The notes under the pieces were generated by a model that searched no databases, was not told the DNA's origin, and saw nothing but the letters and a program-made list of their open reading frames with translations. Shown here piece by piece: positions 26,273-40,500 of a DNA stretch of 64,000 nucleotides. Position 1 is the first letter of the stretch. Every line of letters begins with the position of its first letter. Origin of the DNA: Bugula neritina (taxonomy: Eukaryota > Animalia > Bryozoa); assembly GCA_964035545.1 (NCBI GenBank), contig OZ037767.1, positions 22,956,628 through 23,020,627 of the forward strand, read 5' to 3'. The position numbers and the translations under genes are program-made.

Positions 26273-29200
26273 ATGAATGAAACTCTTTTAGAATACAACA
26301 GAAAAAGAGAATTACTGGTTAGTTGACTTTCATAAGCATTATTCATTGTAATTTTACATCTCGTTTTGTTTAACTAGTAACAAAGTCATATGAATGAGTG
26401 TCCCATATTCAGCTACCTGAGTTTTCTATATAATAAAGTTTGTACGTCAAACTGTTGGCCTTGGTTCTCGCGTGTCTCACAGCTGATCCAGTGTGTCACA
26501 TTTTTAGAAAATTTACAAAACACACTCGCCTAAACTTTTATGCAGCAAGTGTTTCAGGATTTGCCCCCTCTTTAGCACAAAACCAAGTACCATGGCCAAC
26601 ACCTTTACAATAAAGGAAACTTGTGTTTCTAGTAAAGCATATTTGGAATAAATGACTGTAGATTAGAGAGATTAACTCATTACAGGATGTTCTGCTAACT
26701 TGAATCGTGACACTTGGTCAGCGCATGATATTTTTTCAGATAAAGTTGAATTTATATTTCAGGGTGCCGGGTTTAGTCGTCAGTATCGAAGCCACAGACA
26801 TGCAACTGGCAATATAATTGAACGGTTAGGCCTGGAAACCGAGCTACAGGTAGGTTCTGTAGTCTCTAAGGGCACCTATACTTAGTATTTAGTGAAAGTA
26901 TGTACTATGTGGTTATGTACTTTGTATGCTGTAGGTAAGTTCTATATATGACAAAGGTGTGTTGTGTATATTCTGTGAATATGTACCTTGTACCTTTCAG
27001 GGTCACTCTGGATGTGTTAATTGTTTGGAGTGGAGTAAAGAAGGAAAGTGAGTGTTTTTCAAAATATTTTTTAATCCTTCATTTGTCAACATCATAACGT
27101 CAATCACTAATTTATAATATATAATATTTGTGCAAGTTTTAGTTATTAGGAGTTATCTTTCTTTTATATACATATTTGTTATTACATCTAGTGTTGTATT
27201 GCAACTGATATTACTATATTACCACCAGTTTGATATATCATATAACAATATATGTATTATATTACAACCAACACTGATATATTACCACCAGTTTATTGGC
27301 AAGTGGATCTGACGACTGCAATGTTATTCTCTGGTCTCCGATGTCCCACAGGAAACTCACCACCTACAGAACTCAACACAATGGAAATATTTTCTCTGTG
27401 AAGGTAAACTTCGCTCTAGCCTCTCTGTGCTAATCATGTAATATGACCTTTAGAAACTGTATAGTCTATATAGTGTATATGAGAACTGTATAGTGTATAT
27501 GAGAACTGTATAGTGTACATGGGAACTGTATAGTGTATATGGAAACTGTATAGTGTATATGGGAACTGTATAGTGTACATGGAAACTGTATAGTATATAT
27601 GGGAACTGTATAGTATATATGGGAACTGTATAGTGTATATGGGAACTGTATAGTGTATATGGGAACTGTATAGTATACATGGGAACTGTATAGTGTACAT
27701 GGGAACTGTATAGTGTATATGGGAACTGTATAGTGTATATGGGAACTGTATAGTGTATATGGGAACTGTATAGTGTCTATGGGAACTGTATAGTGTACAT
27801 GGGAACTGTATAGTGTATATGGGAACTGTATAGTGTATATGGTAACTGTATAGTGTACATGAGAACTGTATAGTATATATGGGAACTGTATAGTGTATAT
27901 GGGAACTGTATACTGTACATGGGAACTGTATAGTCTATATGGGAACTGTTTAGTGTATATGGGAACTGTATAGTCTATATGGGAACTGTATAGTGTACAT
28001 GGGAACTGTATAGTGTACATGGGAACTGTATAGTGTACATGGGAACTGTATAGTGTACATTTTAGTTTGTATTATATGTTAAAGTGTGCCGTTTATCTAG
28101 TTTATGCCGAGGAGTTTGAACAGAGTACTGGCTACGGGGGCGGCTGACACTAAGATCACAGTCCTGGATATTGAATCTACAAACACACTGCATGTTTTCA
28201 CCAACCATAAGGGGAGGGTGAAGAGATTAGCTGTGGCTGAAGACGAACCTCATTTACTCTTTAGTGCTGGTGAAGATGGGACAGTGATGTAAGTGTGTAT
28301 ATTCAACTCCGTATTACACTGTATATGTTGTTATAGCTTATTTAAGTGTATATAAAACTCCGTAGTACATTTAATATGTTGATATGTCATATGTAAATAT
28401 ATATACAATTCAGTATTACGTTGTATATATATAGTATGTGTGCGTGTGTGCGTGTATTATATAGGCATGGATGGTGCATTGTAAGTATGTAGTAGTAAGT
28501 GTATAATAGTACAATATATTGAACTGTATAGACTTGACTCTGTAGGCAGTTTGATCTGCGCTGTCCCGAGGAATATTCCAAGGACAGCCCTCGTTCTGTC
28601 ATTGTCAACCTCAACCACTATGTCGGTATCTCAGCTGAAGCAAAGTGCCTGAGTATCTGCCCCACAAAGACTGAGTTACTGGCTGTAGGTAGCGGGGACC
28701 CTTATGTTAGACTCTACGACAGAAGGATGATACGGTGCAGTGACGTCCCCAACCACTCTGCGGATACTTGTGATGAACAGTACGACCTGCCTGCTAACTG
28801 CGTCAACTACTTTGTACCCGGTGAGGCCCCTTTGGGCACTGTCTCAACCTGTCACATGCATGCCGCTATTAAAACTCAACTTGATAGGGGTCATTTTATT
28901 TAATTGAGTACATATTATATATCTTTAATTTTTAGCTATTTTTCACAGTTTAGCAGCTAATGTATATAGTTTCTTGCATTAAAATGATAAAATATTAACA
29001 AATACAGCTGAATAACCAGGGTTGTTTTTTAATTTTGCATGATTTGCTATGTTTTATATTAAATTTTTTAGTAAATTTTGGTGAAAAAAGTACCACACCT
29101 GCACACCCAAATATACTAAAAAAATGAAATAAAACATAGAAAATTATGCAAAATTAAAACAAAACCTTGCTTATTCAGCTGTTTTTGTTAATATTTTATT

Positions 29201-32050
29201 GGTTTAATGCGAGAAACTATATACATCAGTGGCTGAACTGTAAAACACAGCTAAAAACTAGAGATATATAGTCTGTACTAAATTAAGTAAAATGACCCAT
29301 ACTCATGCGATTATTTTTTACTGCTGTAAGTTTTCTTGTTATTGTTTATAGAATCTGTAGGCTTCTGATAATATTCTTGTAAACTCTTTGTAGGTCATGT
29401 TCCCTCGAAGGTGGAAGACTACAGCAGGCGGTACAGGATGTTAGCAGCCACTTATCTCACATTTTCTCCCGACGGTCGTGACCTTCTTGTGAATCTCGGA
29501 GGGGAACAAATATATCTTTATAATATCTACGAGAAAACTCGCTCATACAGACTCGAGAGAGCTCATAGAAATGGCTGTCATACCAGCTCATGTGCAGGTA
29601 AAATCCGCACAGAACTTTTACATTGACAGAAATATGCTTTTGGTCTTTTTTAAATTCTAAACTTTTTTATATGGGAATTGTTATGTTACATTACAAGTTT
29701 TCAGCTGTTAGACTAGAATCTGTTTTGATGAGAAATCTCTTGTATAATGCTCTACATTGGTTGTCTAGGTGACACCTCATCTTCGCAACCCAATGGCTAC
29801 CATTCTAAAAACTATACTTCATTTGTACTTTCCGAGGAGTGTTCATCTCAAAGGGAGGAAAAGTCAACCCCCCTACCTCCCAATATTGAATTCCTAAAAC
29901 AACAGGCTAACCATAACTATGAAAGGCAGCGTTATGCTGAGTCAGTTTCGTTATATAACAAGGCCATCTTCTTGCACCCGACAGCAGCAGTATTGTATAG
30001 TAACAGGGCTGCTGCCTTGCTCAAGAGAAGCTGGTGAGCTCCTAACTTACTCTGTTGTTTTCACAAATATTAGCAGCAATGTTGTATTTTAATTCCCTAT
30101 CAAGTTGTGATTGTGACTATTGAGCCTTAAGGGGAAGTTAAACATGCCCTGTTGAAAGTTATCACACAAGTAAGCGCAGCTCAACTTGTAGTTATCCTGT
30201 AATTATTTGAATATAAACAAGAGAGGATGACTTTTAATTATGAATCTAGACAATTTTGTAGAAAATTTGTTAAAAAAGGGCTTTTTTTGTCAACGAAGTT
30301 ATTGAATTGGCATTCTTTCCAATAAAACTGATCAATGTTTCAATTTATTTGAAAAAAAATTGCCTGCCACAAAAATATGCCCTGGCTTTGTCGTACAATG
30401 ACAATTTAATTATTACTAGATTCTATTAATTGGATTTCACTTACTCATGTTTAAATTATTTATGCACAACTTTCAGTTTCCTGTCGTGTATTGTATGCTC
30501 GTGTTGAAGGAACGGAGATGATTACGCTGCCCTGGCGGACTGTTTCACTACGATTGGGTTGGATAGTCAGCAGTATAAAGCATTCTACAGACTGTGTAGA
30601 TGTCTACTGCAACTCGGCCGGCTGGAGGAAGCCATGATATGCTTTGAGCACTTTGAGCGGGTGTTTCCTGAACGAGCGTCGGGTCACTCGTTTGAAAAAC
30701 TTAAAGAAGAGTTGCAAGACAACATAGCCTCCAAAAATAATTCACCTTCAGGTATTTTATGGATGTAACTAATAAAAGTAAATTACTATTAGGTGATTTA
30801 TAGATATTATACATAATAAAAATCATTCACTATCAAGTATTTTATAGATATTATGCATAATATAATTAATTCACTATCAAGTCTTCTATAGATGATGTGA
30901 CGGAATTTGGTCATAGTGTGCTCTACTCTGTAGGGAAAAATAAAAGAACCAATTCAGAAACTGATGGAGTGAGAGTTGAGTCACGGCAACAGGAAATGGA
31001 GTGGAAACGCTTGTCCTACGACTACTCGCAGAGATTCTGTGGGCACTGCAACACAACCACAGACATTAAAGAAGCCAACTTTATTGGCGAGTAAGCAAAT
31101 TCATATAGTCTGCTGTATATTACACCTTATACTACTCTATTATACTGTATATGACACCTTACACTACTCTATTATACTGTATATTACACCTTATACTAAT
31201 CTATTATACTGTATATTACACCTTATACTAATCTATTATACTGTGTATTACACCTTATACTACTCTATTCTACTGTGTATTACACCTTATACTACTCTAT
31301 TCTACTGTATATCACACCTTATACTACTCTATTATACTGTACATTACACCCTATGCCACTCTATTATACTGTATTTTACACTTCATACCATTCTAGTACA
31401 CCGTATATTACACACCATATATTACATATCACTCTCACCTTGTACTGTTTTCTTCTCAAGCAACGGACAGTATATCTGCGCTGGGTCTGATGATGGCTCC
31501 TTCTTCATATGGGATAGACTGACTTCCAACATAGTGCGAACACTCAGAGGGGACGAGTGCATAGTAAACTGTGTGCAGCCCCACCCAGAGATATGTTTAC
31601 TGGCTACAAGTGGTATAGACCCAGTAGTCAGACTGTGGTCCCCTCTGCAGGTTTGTCTATCATCTTGTAGCCAATCAGTTATGTTGTAGCATATCAGTTA
31701 CAATTTGATCATTCAAAAGATATATTTTTTATATAAATGCTGCTTTGTTAGGGTTTAAGGCTCTCTTTGCTATATTCAAAACGGAAACATACAATGGATC
31801 GATCAACACAGTCCCAGCGATTAGTAATGATCTCATTTCCTGTTTTACTCTCTTTTGACAGGAAGGGGTTAAGAATGAAAGACACATTGACAACACACAT
31901 GCCGCTGCCGGTCTCAATCAGCGCAGGATGAATGCTGACCCGTTGGAGGTGATGTTGATGAATATGGGACACACTCTACACTCATTCAACTCTTCCGACT
32001 CTGATAATGAGAATGGTGGTGGTAGAGACATGCAGTGTCGTCCTTTCTAA
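26273..32050 (+). CDS. WDTC1: WD and tetratricopeptide repeats protein 1 (adipose/DCAF9), 666 aa
   Basis: Twelve phase-consistent exons: 26273-26317, 26763-26849, 27001-27047, 27292-27403, 28101-28288, 28546-28820, 29394-29597, 29769-30033, 30510-30751, 30934-31090, 31461-31650, 31862-32050. Hallmarks: RLGLETELQGHSGCVNCLEW, LLASGSDD, NIFSVKF, RVKRLA, EAKCL, VRLYDRR, TPR (YSNRAAALLKRSW), FCGHCNTTTDIKEANF, GSDDGSFFIW, RRMNADPLEVMLMNMG, C-terminal QCRPF. Confidence 0.96.
27455..28060. repeat. 20-bp minisatellite (GGGAACTGTATAGTGTATAT)n, ~30 copies, in a WDTC1 intron
   Basis: Head-to-tail units with no spacers. Confidence 0.97.
28887..29299. mobile_element. Foldback MITE with ~195-bp imperfect inverted arms in a WDTC1 intron
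   Basis: GGGTCATTTTATTTAATT...AATTAAGTAAAATGACCC ends; internal arms match in reverse complement (e.g. CAGCTGAATAA / TTATTCAGCTG); TA on both flanks. Confidence 0.8.
31112..31425. repeat. Degenerate ~32-bp tandem repeat (TACTGTATATTACACCTTATACTACTCTATTA) in a WDTC1 intron
   Basis: Directly visible; makes up the middle of ORF 30976-31689. Confidence 0.9.
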
Positions 32051-32649
32051 TAACTCTCGCAATGTGCTGATACATAATAGCTGTATAAGTTATCATATTA
32101 TTTATTTTTAGATTATTTATTTTATTTTTACAGAGCTTATATACTTCTGTGCTTGAAATAAAGTTGTGCTGCTATTATCAGCTAGTTTGGACTTTTTAGA
32201 GAAACAATAAACATTGGCTGATGGTACATAAATGTCGTTCCGGGTGTTTGAAGACTGTGAAAAGGTGAGAAAACGGTGAGACTGACTGTGACAATAGCAA
32301 TGAGTTGTTGCAATATTTATTGTGATCAGAATGTGTATAGTTATAACAACAAGTGAAACATGTAGTGTGACAATAACGTTATTATAAATTTACCCACTTA
32401 CTCTGACTGTGCCTTAGTGAATATGAGTGTGAGTAGAATTATCCCAGTGAGTGTGATTGTAGCAATGAGTATGAGGATAGATTATATTTACATGTAAAGT
32501 TATGAGAATGAAGCATTATAGAATAAAATAATATGGGCATTTGCAAGCAATTAGTATTCTCTACACTTTAAGATATCTCTGGTAGTCATTATCAGCATGA
32601 GTTGTATTGACTCTCTATGGAATAATACGTTGTATCTACTTCAGACTCA

Positions 32650-32865
32650 AGGGAGCAGCCGTGGTCTAGGGGTTAGAGTGTTTGCCTGGTAAACACAAAG
32701 GTCATGGGTTCGAGCCCTGACAAAGACCATTGGTGATGTTAGGAAGAGCATCCAGTCATAATTGCTCCTGTGCCTCATTTAAATAAGTCCTTAGCCCGCT
32801 TTAACAAAAACCCTTTCTATCAGGGTTTTCTCACAGGGATAGTGACTATAAACTTGCATGAGAAC
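32650..32865 (+). mobile_element. tRNA-derived SINE, full-length copy with TSD
   Basis: Pol III A box TGGTCTAGGGG and B box GGTTCGAGCCC; body GATGTTAGGAAGAGCATCCAGTCATAA; flanking 16-bp direct repeat ATCTACTTCA(G/A)ACTCA (32634-32649 and 32866-32881); further copies in this window. Confidence 0.85.
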
Positions 32866-33848
32866 ATCTACTTCAAACTCACCAGCATTTGTCAGAGATA
32901 TGGAACATGGAGGCCACTCTTACTTAGGCTACTAACAAGTATAGCAAAGCTTAATAATTTGCAGTTGAGTGGAACAAAGGAAGTCACCCTCAATATCAGT
33001 GTTTTGTAGTTGGTTGGTTGAAGCTTGATACTCAGTTTGATCTTTATGTGTCAGTTTCAAAACACTTTGATTTTTTCACCGTGTTTGAAACTCATTGCTA
33101 AGTTGAAGACGAATGTTACTGAATTTGCAGTTTTGCTTTAAGCTTGCTGAAATCTCATTCGCTGTTGGCTACTGCATGAGGCACGTTTTCATTTGTCTTG
33201 ATTCGTTTTGAAATTTCTAGAAGTTTTCCATTCAAGTTGTTCCTCAGATTGAGTTACTTTCCATCTATTGCTATAAATTCTTTGTTTAGACTTCTAAACA
33301 GCTTCTATCATAGCCTAAGGTCATGGGAATTTATTCAGATTGTTCACAATTGACCAACTTTTCAACTCAGCTATACTATTACATAGGTTGCTATATATTT
33401 TGAAGATTTGTAGAGACCAAACACACCAATAGACAAGTTAGATGTATTGCAGCGATGCATATCCCATAGCAGTGCCAGTTACTGCGCCATGTTAATAACC
33501 ACGACAAGCGATGCAAGGTGCTCTTGTAATCTCTTGAGCTCTTGACTTTTCTGACAGCCAATGGCTTCTATAAGATGAGTGCTTTCAAGTACCATAAAGC
33601 TGTTTTATGGTACTTGATTCGAACTAAATATAAAATGAACTTAAAACTAAATATAAATTTTTGAGATTCTCTTTGTAGATAAACTTTAAGTTCTGTTGCA
33701 ACTTGTAGCTTATCAAATCAGTAACTTGGAATTTGAAGCAAGGAAACATGAAACTGCTTGTTTATTATCTGTAGTTTGTTTCATTTGTCCTATACGAAAA
33801 TTTAAATGTCGGTAAATTTTGAAAGTCTCCTCAGAAGGTAACATAATT

Positions 33849-34843
33849 ATGGGAGATCAGCAAGCAAGAGAACTTCATTTAAAGAAAAAGCAGTTTGCTC
33901 GGTCTATATGTGATGCTTTAGTCGGCAGTGATAAATATGGGCTTTTCCAGATTCTTCAAAGAATAGAGTTTGTGAGTATTTGATATTCCTTCGTTGCTCT
34001 GCGCTAACTTTTTATAACTCAATGTTATGTTTCACAGCAATTATCTTGCCTAATGTGCATAGCATATTGCTATATTGTTTGTTTGCTCACTGTTGTCTAT
34101 AAAATGTTGTTTGTTTGTGTTTTGCTGAATTATGTGCTTTGTAACCATATTTTGTCTCTTAGAGTTTTTTCTAACAAGCGTTTACTACAAAATGCTGCCT
34201 TTTATATAAATTGTAGCGTTTTCATCAACAGCAAAAAATGCAAATATAAATCCAAGTATTTTAGTACCTGCTCAACAAATATGTCCACTCTGCTTAAGAT
34301 GGAATACATATATAACGACTCTATAATGTCCTAAATTACAGGCCTTGCTTAATGTTAAACGGATTGAATTCACTCTTACAGTTTGAGAGCTCAACTATGG
34401 ATGCATTATAGCATTACAGCTGCTCTAATTTTTGTATAACAAGTCTTTATTTAGCTGCACTTTCAGAATTTAGCCAAATTGTTTTCAAACTTGAAGAAAT
34501 TATTGCTATCGGCATTTTTAACTTCAATTTTCAAAAGCAAAGCGTCCCATCTGTAATATAAAATTCCTTCCATCTTTATCTTTTGATTATCATCCGTTTG
34601 AATAAATAACTTTGCTTTTGGTTATTAAGCTAACTGAAGCTATATCTAAAGGACAATTTAGTGTGTGACTTCATGTCAACCAGAAGAGTTCTCTCAGTCT
34701 GTCACACAGTTCCATTACTCTGGTCACATCACACAGCATCTGCTAAATTATTAAATTACAGCATTTATCACATGTGTTCATTATATATTACACTACATCT
34801 ATTCGTTATATATTACACCATATCTGTTTATATTGTGCTACAA

Positions 34844-34896
<53 letters not shown>

Positions 34897-37456
34897 ACTA
34901 ATATATTAAACCATATCTATTTCTAATATATTAACCCACATATTATACTATTGATATATCACATCATAATCATATCTTCAGGTGAGACTGGACGTACAAG
35001 AAATATGTACTCTACAAACATCAGATGGAAAGTCTCCTATAAGATACGCCATTAGCAATGCCAACGGGAACTCAGGTAATCATTTATATTATATTTTAGA
35101 GGAAGTTCAGTATTTTACTGTCTTAAGTGTGATGATTGTAGCATGTCCCACATTGTAATGCCAGCTGTTGCTAATTACATAAAGTATCATAATATTATAT
35201 TACACAGGGTATCATAACATATTACACAGAGTATCATAATATATTACACAGGGTATCATAATATATTACACAAGGTATCATAATATATTATACAGAGTTT
35301 CATAATATAATGTATAGTACCATAATACATATATTATATATTATAACATACACTAATGTGTAGTTAGTGCAATCCCATCTTGATAGAGCAACTAATTTAA
35401 AAACAAGATTATTCAAATAGCAAGAGCCACTTGCACACAACATGTAACATAACAGGAGTCACTTGAGAGCTCAAGCACCATTAACTCAGTATAATTACAC
35501 CATATCAGTATAATATATATCATACACTGGTAATACTCTCATAACTTGACTATTGACTAGCTGGGAAACTGAAATAATTCTTCTTGTAGCGTCACGTAAT
35601 ATTGATAGCAAGAAGTAATATACAGAATGGAATCATTTCACATCTTAGAGTCACAATTATTTGTAATTTTTGATTCTTCTGTTTAGTTAGTGATAGGTTC
35701 CCTTCCCCCAACTTGATAGACAATGCTTTGATAGTGTGCTTGTAATGGTAATTAAAGATAATAACTGAAAATGTAAATAGAAGTTGTTACTGTTACCCAA
35801 CAGGGATCTATATTTAAACGGAGTTCAGAGTTTACTCTTGCTACTTCAAATTTTGTTTTTTTTCTTAAACTTCCTATGCTGCTTCTCAGCCTTTTCAACT
35901 AAAGAAACTCCTTCCTGTTTATCTTTAATTCTAGTAGTTCTCTATTTTTAGATGTATTTTTTTATCCTATTCATTTTTGTCTGTAGCTTAAAATTCCACC
36001 ACCAGAATTCTTTCTCCAGATGTTTTTCACTTTTCGATACTTCTTATTATATCTAGCACTCTCATATACATCTTTTGTTTGGTTCTGATTCATCATCTTA
36101 ATTGTTCAACTAAGGTTTCTATGAACCTATTAATACACTCTTGCCCTTTTGACCTCAGTCAGATTGTTCTCTTTTACTTTTGCTTTCTCTCATATTCATT
36201 ATATGCGCCTGTGTATAGAAGTGGACTCACCCAAACTGTCTTTTCTCACACGTGTATAAAAACCCACGCAAGTTTATAATCACCATCTTTGTGAGAAAAC
36301 CCCTGATGGAAAGGGTTTTTGTTAAATCTGAACTAAGGACTTAGTTAGATGTGGCACAAAAGCCATTATGGCTGGATGCTCTTCCTAACATCACCAATAG
36401 CCTTTGTCGGAGCTCGAACTCATAACTTCATGTTTACTAGACAAATGCTCTAACCCCCTAGACCACGGCTGCCTTTCTCACAAGTATATAGTCAATCACA
36501 GAATGGTACCTCCCACTCCCCTCCCACTCTTGTGCACGAGTCTTACTTGATTACAGATATGCTAAAGTTAATGAAGGAGAAGAACATAAGTCTGGACGTT
36601 GAGTTGGGGCCAGAAAAGATGTCCGCCTTGCATCTGGCTGTTAATGTCCAGGATAAGAAAATTCTCAAGTACTTGCTCACGGAGTGTAATATTAGAATCA
36701 ATGCTACTGATGCGGTTGTATGTACTTTTTTATATCACTATATTACAGTGAAATATTGGAGTTCACATTATTACTATTGGTTGTATAATTTATCTATTGC
36801 TATATCAATATATGGTATACTATTATAATTAATATATATACACTGTAATGCATGTGTTACCAAAGAGTATATACACTGTATTGTATATATTATTAAAAAG
36901 TATATACAATATACTGTATATACTACCTAAGAGTTTATACACTGTATTATATATACTACCGAAGAGTTTATACACTGTAATGTATATATCATCATTAAAG
37001 AGTATATACACTGTATTGAGTATATTACCAAAGAGTATATACACTGTATTGAGTATATTACCAAAGAGTATATACACTGTAATGTGTATATTACCAAAGA
37101 GTATATACACTGTAATGTAAGATGTAACATCTGCTGCCACAGGGTGAATCTGCCCTTCACTATGCTGTCAAGAGCAGGTCCCTTGAAATCTGTGAGGTTC
37201 TTCTCAAGAAGGGAGTCAACGTAAACAAACAGGACAAATGTGGAAGAACAGCCCTTCATACTGCTATAGGCCAGTTAATATCTGATCCAGTAAGTTCAAT
37301 CAGTTGATAGTGTATTTGTATATAGTGTGCTTTCAGCTCTATTTTAGTTCAGCACCTTTCTTTACTGTGACATTCAATTATGTGACATAGTGGTCAGCTA
37401 TTAAATAGTTACATGATTCACTGACACTTTCCTTATGCAGTATTAATATATATATT

Positions 37457-37540
<84 letters not shown>

Positions 37541-40500
37541 AGTTATGATCTACAAACTGTTAGAGGGTTGTTAGCTCAAAAACTTTTATTTTTTTAATTC
37601 TGTGCTCACGCTGACGATATTTTGTTGGGTTCTGAAGTCTGTTGTATCATAAAACTAATACAAGTTATTGCTGACTTTCATTGCATGCTATTCTTAGCTG
37701 CTGCAATGCGTAGCTTAATCACTGAGCTGATTTGAAAATTTAAAGAGAATATTTACTATACTGTAGTTGTATACTATACAGTAACTACTGTAGTTGTATA
37801 CTATACAGTTACTACTGTAGTTGTATACTCTACAGTTACTACTGTAGTTGTATACTATACAGTAACTACTGTAGTTGTATACTATACAGTTAATACTGTA
37901 GTTGTATATTATACAGTTAATATTGTAGTTATTCTGCCATTTATACTTACCGGTACAAGGCTGGAATTGCGTAATGATTAAAACATTTATCTGTTGAGTA
38001 TACAGTAATGGTTTATGATAAAAATGGTTCAAGTGGTGTTTACTATTTCATCGCAAAATTCTCAGAATTGTTTAAGAGATAGTCATCTGCGACAGGTTAA
38101 AATGATTAAATCTTCTTTTTGATGTTTTTGTTGAAGCCTATCACACTTTTTAAAGCCTTTTATTATATTTTATTTCAACAACACCCTGCAATAGTGCTCT
38201 AGTCACATGACAAGCTAACTACGTAAAAATTTGAAGCCAGCATGAGCGAAAATTTAAAAAATTCATAAAAATTGGATAGTTCTTTATTTTTAAAATTTAA
38301 TTCTACTGACCCAGAAGCTTTAAACAAGTTGTGCAATTTTATTCCATCTAAGATAACGTATGAATTTTTATATTTTAAATTTTAGGTAAATAAAGTTAGC
38401 TTGCTTTGTAATCAAGGCGCTAACCCTGCTATACAAGATAATGAAGGGAACACAACTCTACACACATTACTAAAACGCCGGTTTAATGAACAAATGCAGA
38501 TACTGTTAATATTGATGCAACATAACCCTAATGTTAGCTCTAGAAACAAAGATGGATTCACTGGTAATATCACCTTATTGCCTCTTAATTCTACAGTTTA
38601 GAGGCATCATATCTAATGCTATTTCATGTCATTTGCTACATATACTCACTATCAACTTTATTATAAACATCAGCATTTCAAGCTTGTTGTAATTATGTAA
38701 TTAATAATTTATATCAACTGCATGAAAGCGTTTTGCATAGAATACATCTTGCCTTTTTTTATAAACCTCTGAAAAGTTTATGAAGAAATTAGCAAAATAC
38801 ATTTTTTTGACAAATATTTGGTAGATCATATACCCTTTTATCAATGCCCCTTGCACTATGTGCGCTTAAACTAAAATATCTATCTCTTAAAAGAACAATT
38901 CTATGACATAGTTGGAATATTCTGTAGTAGTCAAAATTAAAATTTTTAATGAGCTTGCTCTCTCTATTATGGTTTAGCTAAATCACTGCTAAGAGGACAC
39001 AACTCTAAATAGTAAATTGATTACCAGGCCATTGGAAAAGGGTTAATAGTTGAAAAGTTGAGACAATTAGTTATATCATGTCTGATGGAAATTACTACAG
39101 TTCTGCTTGTGTGTAGCTTTGGAGTTGTATGAAAGTAACACGGACCACACTGATGCCGAAAAAGAGGAAATGCAGCACGTGCTGACTTACTCGCCAAACC
39201 AACGCTCCAAGTCCGTTTCTTCTGTCGCATTACCTGCTCATAACGGTAAAAATTTAATTAAACACGCACTTGTCTCTGTTATATTATGCTGTATGACACC
39301 TGTTTAACTCTACATGCCCTTTTATAGGTGGTAATCATCTTAGACGACTATCTGTAGCCAATTTAAAGAATAAATTCAAGCGTCGTATAAGCAGTATCTA
39401 CCCTAGAAGACTGAGCAATGTGCGTGCTGCTGTAGACAGTGCTCAAGATCAAGATGCTAGTAATGATGTCACTGATGATGCAAGTGGTGTGTAGTTTATT
39501 TTTTGCTAGTATATTTCAGGACTGTTTTACTCTGTCACATACGCATAAACGATAAGTACATACTTGCAGTTCGATCTTAGAAGAACACTTAGTAATAGTC
39601 TATGTTAAAATAATTAGTAATAGTTTAGTAGAGTAAGTAGTAACAGTTTAGTAGAGTAAGTAGTAACAGTTTAGTAGAGTAAGTAGTAACATTTTAGTAG
39701 GTGATAGTAACAGTTTAGTAGAGTAAGTAGTAATAGTTTAGTAGAATAAGTAGTAATAGTTTAATAGAGTAAGTAGTAATAGTTTAGTAGAGCGAGTAGT
39801 CATGTTTCTTGCACGCTGTCTACGTTGTTGTGTCGGTAATAAACAAATTATTTTCTTGAAGTTGATGAAACTGAAAAGTTTCCAGGTCTGGAGGAAAGGT
39901 TAAATCTTGCCAGAGCATTTGGTCTCAGCCAGCACAATGTGAAAGATGAAGATGACAATAGTCTGAGTGACCCGGAATCTTGTGGGTCAAGGTCAAACAG
40001 TATTGGGAGCTCCTACCGAGGTAGACATTTTTGTTTGTATTTTTATATACCTGATTAAAAACTTGTCCTACATTTGAAAGGTTTGATATATAACAATAAG
40101 AAGACACATGAAGCAACTTTAAACAGATTTCCCATATGTAGAAATTATAACATTTTCACAATTTTGACACTGCAGTTTTACTATTTCTGTCTTCGCAGGT
40201 TAGTAATTGTACTAAGTACACAGGTTTAATTAATAATGTTGTGTACATTGGCTAAAAACTTTGCTTTTTTTTCAACCGATGTATGTTTTACTTGCATGTT
40301 CAACATGATTTACCCAAATCAAGATGTTTGTGAGTTTGTAGTACTATTTCTCTCTGCCTTTTCACAATATCCCAGTCAGTATACCAATGACTTCATCATT
40401 AATATTCCAGGAGGTTTCGTAACAGAAGACGATGACTTGGGTGACAATAGCAGCGTACTCTCTTCATGCGTCGATAGTCGTAGAAATTCATTTGACAGTC

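Noticed and set aside
27455-28060. Regular 20-bp array resembling a CRISPR array, with long overlapping ORFs (27434-28020)
   Set aside because: The units are contiguous with no unique spacers, the array lies in a eukaryotic intron, and no cas genes are present. The ORFs are repeat artefacts.
37538-37640. Possible third Penelope end next to (TA)n (minus strand ...AAAATATCGTCAGC...AATAAAAG)
   Set aside because: There is no intact CUGANGA core or stem II and no alignable similarity to the 52-kb element; too degenerate to call.
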